Assembly: GCA_031411295.1 (NCBI GenBank)
Contig: JANOAV010000101.1
Coordinates: 34,651 to 98,650, forward strand
Reading direction: 5' to 3'
Length of the DNA stretch: 64,000 nucleotides
Source: Verrucomicrobiales bacterium
GTDB lineage: Bacteria; Verrucomicrobiota; Verrucomicrobiia; Verrucomicrobiales; V1-33
Shown: piece after piece, positions 8,874 through 19,176 of the stretch
How the letters are laid out: each line of letters starts with the position of its first letter
Position numbering within the stretch: the stretch's first letter is position 1
Notes under the pieces: model-generated
What the model was told of the DNA's origin: nothing
Database searches by the model: none
The model's input: only the letters and a program-made list of their open reading frames with translations
Translations under genes and position numbers: made by a program

Positions 8874-10808
8874 CTAACCGGGATGCTTGAGGAAATAGAA
8901 TCGCCCATCCTCGGCTCCGCCTAGGAAATCTGGGGTGCCATCGCCATCGAAATCCACCACGGCAGGGCTGACGTCGTGGCCTTCGATGTTCTTCTTATCA
9001 AGGCTTCCCGCATTTTTGAACGTCCAAGTGCCATCTTTGGATGACGTTTGCTGATAGAAATCCGCATTGCTGGAGTTGAGGAGCAAATCAAATTTGCCAT
9101 CCCCATCCCAATCTGTGAGGCACAGCTTACGCCGCCCACTGGCTCCGGCGGTCTTGGGATTCAACCGCAGCGGTTGGCCCTGTTCATCCAGGAATGCTCG
9201 ACGCGGTGCCTTGAGGGTCAGGATGCCGTTGGTTTTAATGCGCTCGAACAATGCCAGGTAGCCCGCTTGATCCAACATGGCCAAATCCGGCAGTCCATCC
9301 TGGTTGAAATCATGCACGACTGGAGTGGTGCGCCATTGGGTGAGCAGCGCCTTGCCTTGCGGTTTTCGCCATCCCCAGTCCAAGGCTGGGGGAGTAGCAG
9401 TCCATTCCACTTCGATTGGCGCGGGTTGGGCAAACTGAGGGGCCTTGCGACTGCCGATGTTGCGCAGCCACTGCACGTTGCCCAGAATGCTATTGAAGAG
9501 GAGGTCGGGCAGGCCATCCACATCCCAGTCCGCTACGCTGACCGTAGTGTAACCCCATTTTGCCTCGGCGGGACCTTGAATACTCCCGTTAGGTCCTGCC
9601 ATGATCCGGAATGGCTTGCCATCGACCTCCAGTCTGCGCGGGGCAGCCCATTTGGGTTGTGCCACTTTGGGGCCGCTGAGGTTTTCAAAGATTTCGATGT
9701 AGCCAGCGGTATTCCCACTGACAATGTCGGTGTCGCCATCGCCATCCCAGTCGGTTCCCACCGGAGTTGCCAGGGCTCCACATTTCAAGGTGTCGGCTAC
9801 TTGTTTGAAATAGATCGGCTGGGCAAATCTTGGCGCTTGGCCTGACTTGACTCGCCCCAAGTTTTCCACGAAAGCGACACGTCCATCTTCGTCGCCCACG
9901 ATTAGGTCCGGATCGCCATCTTTATCCCAATCGAACGCTACCGGGACGATCATTTCCAAGTCCATGCGAACCTGCGCTCCAGCAGCGTCCAGCACCCGCT
10001 GTCCTTTGCCATAGCGAGGCTCGGAGCTGGTGCCGGTGTTTTCGAAATAAGTGAAGCCATCGAGAAATTCACCGCAGATCAAGTCGAGGTCGTCATCATC
10101 ATCGCAGTTGACGAAGTTAGGCGACGGGCAGCCGTAGGTCTCCAGAGGGGCATCGCCCGCTTGCAGCTGAAATGCCTCCGCATACGCTCCATCGCCTGTG
10201 TTGCGGAACACAAAGACGAATCCATGCAGCGGACCATTCTGCCACTCGCCCTGGGAGTTCCAGGCATTGTCCCACCCATAGTCGCTCCAGTCTTCGATGC
10301 CGACGATGATGTCCGTCCGATGATCCCCATCGAAATCCGCATAACGCCATTGATTGTGGCGCAGTCGCGGTCCTCCTTTGGCCGTGCCAGTAGGTTGGTA
10401 GAAATTGGCCTTGAGGGGAAGTTTCACCTTTTCCGTAAGGCCCTTGGTGGCGAAATTCGGATGCTCAAATCCTGGCGTGAGGACGCGGAGTTTCCCCTCC
10501 ACATAACTTGGCATCACATAGCGATCCGTTGCACTCAATCGACGGGCAGGCTTGAATACCGGAAGTTTATGCTGGGCGGTGTCTCCCGAAACGTTCTCAA
10601 AGAAGTAAACGCCGTTGGAGGGTTTGTCAGGACAGGAAACGATGAGGTCGAAGTCCCCATCTTCGTCGGCATCACACGGCACCGGCCAAGCCCAGAGACC
10701 AACCCCCAGATCGACGATGAGTCCGGGGTTATTGTAGGTGAGTGGCTCCAACGCGGGCGCAGGAGCGAGGAATAGTGTGGTTAGCAGAAGGGGGAGGAAA
10801 AGATTCAT
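8874..10808 (-). CDS. Secreted FG-GAP/VCBS repeat (beta-propeller) protein
   Basis: Repeated DxDGDGDxDL motifs (DWDKDGDPDLIVG, DWDGDGDTDIVSG, DFDGDGTPDFLGG); start moved to MNLFLPLLL signal peptide. Confidence 0.9.
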   Translation of the reverse strand: MNLFLPLLLTTLFLAPAPALEPLTYNNPGLIVDLGVGLWAWPVPCDADEDGDFDLIVSCPDKPSNGVYFFENVSGDTAQHKLPVFKPARRLSATDRYVMPSYVEGKLRVLTPGFEHPNFATKGLTEKVKLPLKANFYQPTGTAKGGPRLRHNQWRYADFDGDHRTDIIVGIEDWSDYGWDNAWNSQGEWQNGPLHGFVFVFRNTGDGAYAEAFQLQAGDAPLETYGCPSPNFVNCDDDDDLDLICGEFLDGFTYFENTGTSSEPRYGKGQRVLDAAGAQVRMDLEMIVPVAFDWDKDGDPDLIVGDEDGRVAFVENLGRVKSGQAPRFAQPIYFKQVADTLKCGALATPVGTDWDGDGDTDIVSGNTAGYIEIFENLSGPKVAQPKWAAPRRLEVDGKPFRIMAGPNGSIQGPAEAKWGYTTVSVADWDVDGLPDLLFNSILGNVQWLRNIGSRKAPQFAQPAPIEVEWTATPPALDWGWRKPQGKALLTQWRTTPVVHDFNQDGLPDLAMLDQAGYLALFERIKTNGILTLKAPRRAFLDEQGQPLRLNPKTAGASGRRKLCLTDWDGDGKFDLLLNSSNADFYQQTSSKDGTWTFKNAGSLDKKNIEGHDVSPAVVDFDGDGTPDFLGGAEDGRFYFLKHPG

Positions 10809-10987
10809 GGCGCGGAGGTAGATGGCAGCAGGGGACCAAAGACACGTCATCGCAGCGCAGGCTTTCAGCAAGCATGAAACCCTAAAGGATACTTGAGCTT
10901 GTCGCACAGAGGGCGTGCTGTGATCTAAATTGTATTCGTCAGTGCTCCTGCGAAAATTCAACAAAAGTGAAATTTTCCACAAAACAC

Positions 10988-11017
10988 TTGCAAAGCGTTG
11001 CAGAAACGGACTAAACT
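10988..11017 (+). promoter_or_regulatory. Putative sigma70-type promoter
   Basis: TTGCAA-N18-TAAACT upstream of a structured region and yebC. Confidence 0.35.
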
Positions 11018-11372
11018 CTCGTCAGGTAAGCCTTCCCGAGGAGTTCGAGACTCCTCACGGTAGTTCAGGAAAAGCACGCGGACTGGTCTGTTCCGAAGAT
11101 TTCGGTGCGCTGCTTCTCTCGGCTGGTAATTTGAAGGTTTCCCGCATTGGTTGTTATTGACACATTATCCCTTCCCGACCGAATCCTCGTCGTCAGGCAA
11201 GGTCAGATTTACTCCCCCGCACTTCCCTGTGCACACGGTTTCTTCCGGCATACCCGCTTGAATTCTCGTGGACTAGCCGCAGTTCCTCCCTTACAGGGCT
11301 GGATGGCGCAGTCTCTCGAGATAGGATCCGTCTCCCCTTCTCCCGTTAAACTCCTAGCATTCTCATTAAAAC

Positions 11373-12125
11373 ATGGCCGGTCACAATAAGTGGTCCAAAG
11401 TCAAGCACATCAAAGAACGCGTCGATGCCAAGAAAGGCAAGGTGTTCAGCAAAATGTCCCGTGAACTCACCATCGCAGCCAAAAGCGGGGGAGGGGATCC
11501 TGACGGCAACGCCCGCCTTCGGAGCGCCATTCTGGCCGCTAAATCCGTGAATATGCCATCCGATAACATCGACCGCGCCATCAAGAAGGGCACGGGCGAG
11601 TTAGCGGGGGAAATTATTGAGGAGGCGGTTTACGAGGGGTTCGGCCCCGGTGGCACCGCTTTCATGGTTGAAGTGGTTACGGATAATAAAAATCGCGCGG
11701 TGAACGATTTGCGCGTGCTATTTAATAAGAACGGTGGTAATCTCGGCAGCGCTGGCAGTGTCGCCTTTATGTTTGACCGGAGGGGCGAAATTAAATTGCC
11801 CGCCAGTGCTGGCTCGGAGGACACTATTCTGGAACTTGCCTTGGAAGGTGGGGCGGATGATGTTATTTCCGACGAAGACGAGCACACGATTATTACTGCC
11901 ATCGACCAACTCTATCAAGTTGTCGGTTGTCTCAAAACCCATCAACTCACCCCGGCCAGCGCCCGTCTGGCCTATCTGCCGCAGAACACCACGCTCATCT
12001 CGGATGCCACAGTGGCGGCCCAAATTCTCAAACTTTACGACCTGCTGGATGAATACGACGACAGTCAAAATGTCTATACCAACTTCGACCTCTCCGATGA
12101 GGTCATGGAGGCACTAAATAATTAG
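11373..12125 (+). CDS. yebC: YebC/PmpR family protein
   Basis: MAGHNKWSKVKHIK, YEGFGPGG, TDNKNR and GSVAFMF motifs. Confidence 0.96.
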   Translation: MAGHNKWSKVKHIKERVDAKKGKVFSKMSRELTIAAKSGGGDPDGNARLRSAILAAKSVNMPSDNIDRAIKKGTGELAGEIIEEAVYEGFGPGGTAFMVEVVTDNKNRAVNDLRVLFNKNGGNLGSAGSVAFMFDRRGEIKLPASAGSEDTILELALEGGADDVISDEDEHTIITAIDQLYQVVGCLKTHQLTPASARLAYLPQNTTLISDATVAAQILKLYDLLDEYDDSQNVYTNFDLSDEVMEALNN

Positions 12126-12177
12126 TTCCCACCCAACCACCACCCCCAAATATTTCCCTGAAATTTACCCTTTTGTT

Positions 12178-14286
12178 ATGAGCGATACGCTATTTGAAAC
12201 TCCGCCCGTTGAGGCGAAACCAGCCCGCAAGGCAGCCAAGAAGGTTGCCGCCAAAAAGTCGGACACCATCACTGACCCCTCACCGGTGATGGCCGCAACG
12301 GTGGCAGCTCCCGCAGCCAAGAAGGTTGCGAAGAAGGTCGTCGCCAAGGCCCCAATCGCTGAAGCACCAGCACCATCAGTGGCGGAGGTCGCTCCCGCTG
12401 CGCCAGCGAAGAAATCGACGAAGAAAGCCGCCACTCTGGAGGCCGCGTCCGCGCCTGCTCCAGCGGTGGCAGCTCCTTCCACCGTGCTCGACACCACGGA
12501 TCCCAAAGCTCCCGCGAAAAAAGCAGCACGTAAAGCTGTGAGAGTGAATGCAGAAGGAGAGACCGCAGAGCCAGCATCGAAACCTGCCCAAGCCGCACCT
12601 GCACCTGCACCTCTCCTCGCAGAGGCTCCGGCGGGGGAGAAGGCGTTGTTTCGCCAGTATCCGCGCCAGGAGCGCAAACCCTATCCACCGAGAACCCCGA
12701 TCGAATCCAACCATGGAAACGGTGGCAACAACGGACGCGATGCAAACGATGGCAGGAAGGAAATTTCGGACGCTCCGAATTCATCCGATTTCCAAGGTTC
12801 TGCCACCAACCCCGGCCCTGCCGAGGGCCCGCAAGGCGAGCGCCACGAAGGTGGTGGCAAAAAGTTCCGCAAGTCGTGGAAACAACGGAAATACGAAAAG
12901 TATCTTAAGCGCAAGGCTGAGCGTGAAGCACGGATGCGTGGAGAAGGCATCGATCCAGCCACCGCCCCGCCGCGGCCGCCGCACCCGCAGCAGCAGAATC
13001 AGCCGCGTCCGCAACATCCAAACCAGCCGCAACATCCCAAGCACCAGCATCCGCGTCACCAGCGGGATCAGGAACGTTTCTCCCGTGAACCCCGTGATTC
13101 AAGAGATCCCCGAGAGGCTCGCGAAAGCATGGATAACGAATGGGAAGACCGTCGTCCGGATCCGAACTCCGGCCCTCCGCTGCCCACCGCTGGAATTTTG
13201 GAAATTTCGCCCAAGGGCTTCGGGTTCATCCGCTTGAAGGAAAAGAACTATGCGCAAAGCCCCACGGATACCTTCGTTACTCCGGAGATGGTGCGTAAGT
13301 ATGGCCTGCGCGATGGCGTCTGGATGGAAGGAGATTTCCTCAACGGCAATCGTGGGCCGCAGATGACGGAACTTAAAGCAGTCAATGGACTGCCGCCTGA
13401 CCACTATCGTCAGTTGCCCATTTTCGAAGAACTCACCGCCATCAATCCGAACAAACGCTATACGTTGGAGACCGAAGAAGGTCGCAATACGATGCGGTTA
13501 GTTGATATGATCGCTCCCATCGGTCGTGGCCAGCGCGGATTGATCGTGGCGGCTCCCCGGGCGGGAAAGACTACCTTTCTGGAGCACATGGCGCAGGCGA
13601 TCTTGAAGAATTACGCCGGCACTAAATTATTAGTTTTGCTAGTGGACGAGCGCCCTGAAGAAGTCACTGAGCTCACCCGGGCCTTGCCAGGTGCGGAAAT
13701 TATGGCCAGCAGCAACGATGCTGATCCACGGGCTCACATCCGCATGGCGCAGCTCGCGATTGAGCGCGCGAAGCGATTGGTGGAGGCTGGGGAGCATGTA
13801 TTTATGTTGATGGATTCCATCACCCGACTCGCCCGTGCCTTCAATCAAGCGATCAAGGGCGGCGGCAAAGCCATGAGCGGTGGGATCGATGCGCGGGCCC
13901 TGGAAATGCCGCGAAAAATCTTTGCGGCCGCTCGCAATACTCGTGAAGCAGGCTCCTTAACGATCATTGCCACGGCTCTGATTGAAACCAACAACAAGGG
14001 CGATGACCTCATCTTCCAAGAGTTCAAAGGCACCGGAAACATGGAATTGGTGCTGGATCGGAAGATCGCGCAACAATACGTTTACCCTGCCGTGGACATC
14101 TTCAAATCTGGCACGCGGCGGGAAGAACTGCTCCTGCCACCGTATCAGTTGGAGAAAATCAACGTCATCCGCCGGGGGCTCGCGGGACACAAGCCGATTG
14201 AAGCCATCGAGCGTCTGATTCACTTCTTGAACCGCTTCAAGAACAACAACGAGTTGTTAATGAACATTGCGACGAAAAACGGTTAA
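12178..14286 (+). CDS. rho: Transcription termination factor Rho with long disordered N-terminal extension
   Basis: GFGF RNA-binding motif, PIGRGQRGLIV, Walker A APRAGKT, DERPEEVT, DSITRLARA, EFKGTGNMEL. Confidence 0.97.
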   Translation: MSDTLFETPPVEAKPARKAAKKVAAKKSDTITDPSPVMAATVAAPAAKKVAKKVVAKAPIAEAPAPSVAEVAPAAPAKKSTKKAATLEAASAPAPAVAAPSTVLDTTDPKAPAKKAARKAVRVNAEGETAEPASKPAQAAPAPAPLLAEAPAGEKALFRQYPRQERKPYPPRTPIESNHGNGGNNGRDANDGRKEISDAPNSSDFQGSATNPGPAEGPQGERHEGGGKKFRKSWKQRKYEKYLKRKAEREARMRGEGIDPATAPPRPPHPQQQNQPRPQHPNQPQHPKHQHPRHQRDQERFSREPRDSRDPREARESMDNEWEDRRPDPNSGPPLPTAGILEISPKGFGFIRLKEKNYAQSPTDTFVTPEMVRKYGLRDGVWMEGDFLNGNRGPQMTELKAVNGLPPDHYRQLPIFEELTAINPNKRYTLETEEGRNTMRLVDMIAPIGRGQRGLIVAAPRAGKTTFLEHMAQAILKNYAGTKLLVLLVDERPEEVTELTRALPGAEIMASSNDADPRAHIRMAQLAIERAKRLVEAGEHVFMLMDSITRLARAFNQAIKGGGKAMSGGIDARALEMPRKIFAAARNTREAGSLTIIATALIETNNKGDDLIFQEFKGTGNMELVLDRKIAQQYVYPAVDIFKSGTRREELLLPPYQLEKINVIRRGLAGHKPIEAIERLIHFLNRFKNNNELLMNIATKNG

Positions 14287-14388
14287 CTCACGGGTTTGCG
14301 GCTTTTTTCGACAAGGTTTCATAAAGTTCTGGACGTTCCCAGCGGGTTTGCTTTATGAACCCCTCCTTAGCCAATCAATTTTAAACCT

Positions 14389-15525
14389 ATGCGTTTGCCC
14401 AGCCTTCCACTCATCGCCACTGCTGTTACCAGCCTCTTCACCCTTACTCACTGCGCTTCAATGACCTCCGGTAGCTCTGGAACCGTTTCCTCCCGTTCAT
14501 TCGGCAAGACCTCAGCGGGTCAACCGGTAACCATTTACAAGCTGGTCAACCCCAAGGGGGCAGAAGTGGAAATTATGGACTGGGGTGCGACCATTGTCAG
14601 TGTGAAGGTGCCGGATAAGGCTGGCAAGTTGGGCGACGTGGTGCTCGGCTTTGATCATCTCTCCGACTACGAGACGAAGAGTCCGTTCTTCGGATGCATT
14701 GCCGGACGCTATGCTAATCGCATCGCCAAGGGGAAATTCTCCTTGGATGGCAAAGATTACACCCTCGCCACGAACAACGGTCCGAACAGCCTGCATGGCG
14801 GTAAAGTTGGGTTCGACAAGAAGTTATGGAAACGGGTGGGTGCTTCCACGGGAGCCAGTCTGACCTTGGAAATGACCAGCCCGGATGGTGACGAAGGCTA
14901 CCCTGGCGCGCTGCATACCACGCTGACCTATACCTGGACGGATGCCAATGAGTTGGAAATGCACTATACCGCCACCACGGACAAGGCAACGGTGCTGAAT
15001 CTCACTAATCACAGTTATTTCAATCTGGGCGGAGCGGGTAATGGCACTATCTTGGATCATGAGCTGACCTTGAATTGCGACACCTTCACCCCGACGGATG
15101 ATACCATGATTCCCACAGGAGAAATCCGTCCGGCGGCCGGAACACCTTTGAATTTCACCACGCCCCACGTCATCGGCGCTCGGATCAATGACGCCTATGT
15201 GCCGCTAACCCAAGGGAAAGGTTACGATCATAATTTCATCATCAACGGCAGTGGGATGCGCACCGCTGCGCTGGCACATGATCCCAAGTCCGGACGGACT
15301 TTGGAAGTGGTCACGACCGAACCTGCGGTGCAGCTCTATACCGGCAATTTCCTCGATGGAACCATCGTGGGTAAGAGCGGGAAACGCTACCCGCATCGGG
15401 GTGGGTTCTGTCTGGAGACCCAGCACTATCCAGACTCCCCGAACCACCCCACCTTCCCCAGCACCGTGCTGAAGCCAGGTGACACTTACAAGCAGACTAC
15501 GGTCTTCAAGTTTGGTGTGAAGTAG
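14389..15525 (+). CDS. galM: Aldose 1-epimerase (galactose mutarotase), possibly a lipoprotein
   Basis: GRYANRI, NSLHGG, NLTNHSYFNL, GYDHNF, FCLETQHYPD; N-terminal signal with LTHC. Confidence 0.93.
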   Translation: MRLPSLPLIATAVTSLFTLTHCASMTSGSSGTVSSRSFGKTSAGQPVTIYKLVNPKGAEVEIMDWGATIVSVKVPDKAGKLGDVVLGFDHLSDYETKSPFFGCIAGRYANRIAKGKFSLDGKDYTLATNNGPNSLHGGKVGFDKKLWKRVGASTGASLTLEMTSPDGDEGYPGALHTTLTYTWTDANELEMHYTATTDKATVLNLTNHSYFNLGGAGNGTILDHELTLNCDTFTPTDDTMIPTGEIRPAAGTPLNFTTPHVIGARINDAYVPLTQGKGYDHNFIINGSGMRTAALAHDPKSGRTLEVVTTEPAVQLYTGNFLDGTIVGKSGKRYPHRGGFCLETQHYPDSPNHPTFPSTVLKPGDTYKQTTVFKFGVK

Positions 15526-15629
15526 GTTGGTGGGCTGCGGGCCCGCCCCCTGCGGCAGCAAGTTAGGATTTTAGTTGGTGCGGTGGTTCGCGCCACCTTT
15601 GGTAAACTCGGGTTCAATCGTCACAATTT

Positions 15630-18600
15630 ATGAAATCTTCCTCCGCCGCACTCTCGCGATCCTTCAGCAAATACAGGGCACTCGCTGCACTCAGCCTTCC
15701 GGTAGTCCTAGCAGCACAGGAGGGAAAGCCCGGGCCCTTTGCCGCATGGCAGCAGACCGGAGCGATTGCTTTGATCACCACCCCAAATGGAGCCAACCTT
15801 CCGGCAGGCACGGTCATTGAACAATTTCCCGTCTTGGTCCGCTTGGATCAGCAGTCATTCGATTTCTCCAAAGCGAAACCGCAGGGGGAGGATGTTCGTT
15901 TTGCGACCAGCCAAGGCTCACCGCTGGCCTATCAGATTGAAGAGTGGGAACCAAGCAAAGGAACCGCCAGTATTTGGGTCCGCGTGCCTAAAATTGAGGG
16001 GAACCAACAGCAGATGATTCGGGTGTATTGGAGCAAATCCGATGCCGCCAGCGAATCGAATCCCACGGCGGTCTTCAATGAGTCGAACGGTTATGCCAGT
16101 GTCTGGCACATGGCCGATCCCGTAGTGGATGATGCCGGTGGCACTGTCTCGAAAGACGAGGGCACGACGCCAACTCCGGGCATCGTGGGGCAGGCGCGGC
16201 ATTTGGGCGGGAAGCAGGGGATTTTCGGCGGGGATAAAATCACCAGTTATCCATCAGGCACCGGTCCCATGACGACGGAGGCATGGTTCCGGGCAGAGCA
16301 GACCAATGGCACCGTGTTGGCCTGGGGCGAAGAAAAGCGGCCCTGCAAAGTAATGTTCAATTTCCTGAGCCCGCCACGCATCGCCATCCAATGTTACTTT
16401 GCCGACGTGGAAGCAAAGTCGCCCCTGGCCACCAACCAATGGTATCACGTGGTCCACACGTATTCTGAAAAGGACTCTCGGGTCTATGTGAACGGAGTGT
16501 TGGATGGCAACTCAACGCCCGTGCTCGATCTCCCCAAGACGTCCCGCCTCTGGATCGGCGGCTGGTATGGCAACTACAAGTTCGTGGGAGATGTGGATGA
16601 AGTGCGAATTTCCAAAGTGGCCCGTTCCGCCGACTGGATTAAACTGCAATACGAAAACCAGAAGCCGCTGCAAACCTTGGTGGGACCAGTCATTTCTGCA
16701 AAACCAAGCAGCAGTGTGGCGGCACTCCAGCTTACTCCTGCCCAAGCAACCGTGCTGGAAGGAAAATCGGCCACCTTCAAGGCTCAGGCGGTTGGCGCCC
16801 TGAAACTTTATTGGACCCTGAAACGCAATGATCAATCGACCATCGTGGCGGTGGATCGCTATGAATATACCTTCGAGGCCGGACGTGTCACTGGGGATAC
16901 TTCCGTCACCCTGCAATGCCAGGCCATCTATCCCACCGGGCCGCAGACGAAGGAAGTTGTCATCGGGATTAAGGAAGATGTTCAGGAACCCGTCTTCAAC
17001 TTAACCGCTCCATCGACTTGGGATGGCCGAACGTCGATCGAAGTCGTGCCTAGCATCACGAATCTGGATGCCATGAAAGCAAAAGGCGCAGACACTTTGA
17101 AAACTGAATGGAGTGTCACTCCGTTTGCCGTCATTAAGGAAATCGCGCCCGGTAAACTGTTGCTCAAGCGTTCCCAGAACAGTGGGTCCCTAACCGTTAC
17201 CGCAACGATCAGCAACGGCGGTAAGCCTGTTTCCCAAAGCACGACCATTGCCGTAACCGAACCCAAGCGTGATCTATGGCTGGCGCGCACACCCCCGGCG
17301 GATGAGAAGCCCCAAGAGGGCCAATTCTATGCCCGCGATGAGCAAGGCGAAGGAACGCTCTTTTATAATGGTGACTTGGCCGCAGACTCCGTGTTTCTCC
17401 GCCTCTATGCTGACGATAAACTCGTCAAAACCGAAACTGCTAGACCCGGAGCAGGCAACTCCTTTATGCTCTCCACCAAGCTGAAACCCGGCTTGATCAA
17501 ATACAAAGTCGAATTCGGCAGCAGCAACGGCGGCAAGGAAACCGTGCACCAAACGGTTGGCAATCTGGTCTGTGGCGACGCTTACATCATCGACGGCCAA
17601 TCCAATGCCTTGGCCACTGATACAGGCGAGAAGTCCCCCCCTGAAACTAACGACTGGATTCGCAGCTATGGTCGTCCCTCCAACAACCCCAAAGACAACG
17701 AAGGCAACCTCTGGTGTAATCCTGTGTGGAAGGCACAGAAGGGGGAAAAAGCCGAACTGGGCTGGTGGGGCATGGAGTTGGCCAAACAACTCGTCGAGAG
17801 CCAGAAGATTCCTATTTTCATCATCAATGCCGCAGTTGGCGGCACCCGCATCGACCAGCACCAACGGAACATGGCGAATCCCACGGACTTGGAGACCATT
17901 TATGGCCGCATGCTCTGGCGCGTCCAACAGGCCAGGCTCACCCACGGGATTCGTGGCATTCTTTGGCATCAGGGGGAAAATGATCAGGGATCCGATGGCC
18001 CGACCGGCGGTTACGGCTGGGAGACCTATCAGCAACTCTTCATCGAGATGTCCGCTGGGTGGAAACAAGATTTCCCCAACGTGCAGCACTACTACGTTTA
18101 CCAAATCTGGCCGAACTCCTGCAGCATGGGCGGCAATCAAGGCTCAGGCGATATGCTGCGTGAAAAGCAGCGCACCCTGCCCCAGCTTTATGCTAACATG
18201 AGCATCATGTCCACCCTGGGGATCGTGCCTCCCGGTGGATGTCACTTTCCGCTCCTTGGCTGGGGACAGTTTGCCAACCTTATTCAACCACTGATTGAAC
18301 GCGACCACTATGGCAAGAAACCGACCACCTCCATCACCCCTCCGAACCTCCAGCATGCCGCATTTGGTCCAGGGTCCAAAGATGCCATCCTTCTCAGCTT
18401 CGATCAACCCGTCGTCTGGAGCGATGCTCTGGCAGGTCAATTTTATCTGGACGGGGTCAAGGACCAAGTCGCCTCTGGCAGCGTGGTCGGCAATACCCTA
18501 ACGCTAAAACTAAAAGCCTCCACTGAGGCCGCCAAAATCACCTACCTCAAGGAATCCAACTGGAAGCAGGAAACCCTGCTCAACGGAACCAACGGCATCG

Positions 18601-18650
18601 CAGCGCTAACATTCTGCAACGTGCCCCTGGAATCAGCCCCGGCAAGGTAA
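15630..18650 (+). CDS. Secreted DUF2341 + LamG/concanavalin-like + SGNH (sialate O-acetylesterase-like) multidomain protein
   Basis: DVRFAT...LAYQIEEW (DUF2341); WYHVV...YVNG...DEVRIS (LamG); GQSNA, WHQGE and GCHF (SASA-type SGNH). Confidence 0.8.
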   Translation: MKSSSAALSRSFSKYRALAALSLPVVLAAQEGKPGPFAAWQQTGAIALITTPNGANLPAGTVIEQFPVLVRLDQQSFDFSKAKPQGEDVRFATSQGSPLAYQIEEWEPSKGTASIWVRVPKIEGNQQQMIRVYWSKSDAASESNPTAVFNESNGYASVWHMADPVVDDAGGTVSKDEGTTPTPGIVGQARHLGGKQGIFGGDKITSYPSGTGPMTTEAWFRAEQTNGTVLAWGEEKRPCKVMFNFLSPPRIAIQCYFADVEAKSPLATNQWYHVVHTYSEKDSRVYVNGVLDGNSTPVLDLPKTSRLWIGGWYGNYKFVGDVDEVRISKVARSADWIKLQYENQKPLQTLVGPVISAKPSSSVAALQLTPAQATVLEGKSATFKAQAVGALKLYWTLKRNDQSTIVAVDRYEYTFEAGRVTGDTSVTLQCQAIYPTGPQTKEVVIGIKEDVQEPVFNLTAPSTWDGRTSIEVVPSITNLDAMKAKGADTLKTEWSVTPFAVIKEIAPGKLLLKRSQNSGSLTVTATISNGGKPVSQSTTIAVTEPKRDLWLARTPPADEKPQEGQFYARDEQGEGTLFYNGDLAADSVFLRLYADDKLVKTETARPGAGNSFMLSTKLKPGLIKYKVEFGSSNGGKETVHQTVGNLVCGDAYIIDGQSNALATDTGEKSPPETNDWIRSYGRPSNNPKDNEGNLWCNPVWKAQKGEKAELGWWGMELAKQLVESQKIPIFIINAAVGGTRIDQHQRNMANPTDLETIYGRMLWRVQQARLTHGIRGILWHQGENDQGSDGPTGGYGWETYQQLFIEMSAGWKQDFPNVQHYYVYQIWPNSCSMGGNQGSGDMLREKQRTLPQLYANMSIMSTLGIVPPGGCHFPLLGWGQFANLIQPLIERDHYGKKPTTSITPPNLQHAAFGPGSKDAILLSFDQPVVWSDALAGQFYLDGVKDQVASGSVVGNTLTLKLKASTEAAKITYLKESNWKQETLLNGTNGIAALTFCNVPLESAPAR

Positions 18651-18655
18651 TCAGC

Positions 18656-19105
18656 CTACCGATTGATGCGCTCCCAGGATTTGACTTTGCCCTCGCGGAA
18701 TTTTACGACGGCTTCGGTGTAGGGGACGTAGTCGGGACCATAGTTGAAATCGTAGTAGGGGCTGGTGTGGTAGTGCCGGTCCCGTCCACGCCCGTGGGGA
18801 TAGGTGGCGAAGCCCATGCCGATGGTGCTGCGGTAAACGGGACGCAGGCCAGTGTAACGCCAGATTTCGTAATGGGTGCCGTCCTCACCTGCGGAGGAAA
18901 TGTTATTGGGTGGACCCCAGGCAATCCAGACCGCATCGCGACTCATGCCTTCTTTGATTTCTCCAGCGAGCACGGCATCCCGTTGGCTCTTGGGGATGGC
19001 TGCGAAGGCCGTGGGGCGCTTTTCGGCACGGGTGGCGGGGGTGCTGGCGCAATTGGCGAGAAGCGCTGCGCTGACAACGGCTAGAATGACGCGGAGGAAT
19101 TTCAT
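18656..19105 (-). CDS. Hypothetical lipoprotein
   Basis: Lipobox LANC after hydrophobic signal; GMSRDAVWIAWGPP motif reminiscent of SmpA/BamE-like small lipoproteins. Confidence 0.75.
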   Translation of the reverse strand: MKFLRVILAVVSAALLANCASTPATRAEKRPTAFAAIPKSQRDAVLAGEIKEGMSRDAVWIAWGPPNNISSAGEDGTHYEIWRYTGLRPVYRSTIGMGFATYPHGRGRDRHYHTSPYYDFNYGPDYVPYTEAVVKFREGKVKSWERINR

Positions 19106-19176
19106 GGGCTGAGGGGTGGGGGAATTTAGTTTGCGAAAGCAGATGCATGCGGTGACACATCGCCCTAATTATAACT

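Noticed and set aside
11038..11060. tRNA T-arm-like GTTCGAG hairpin
   Set aside because: No cloverleaf, anticodon arm or CCA end could be built around it
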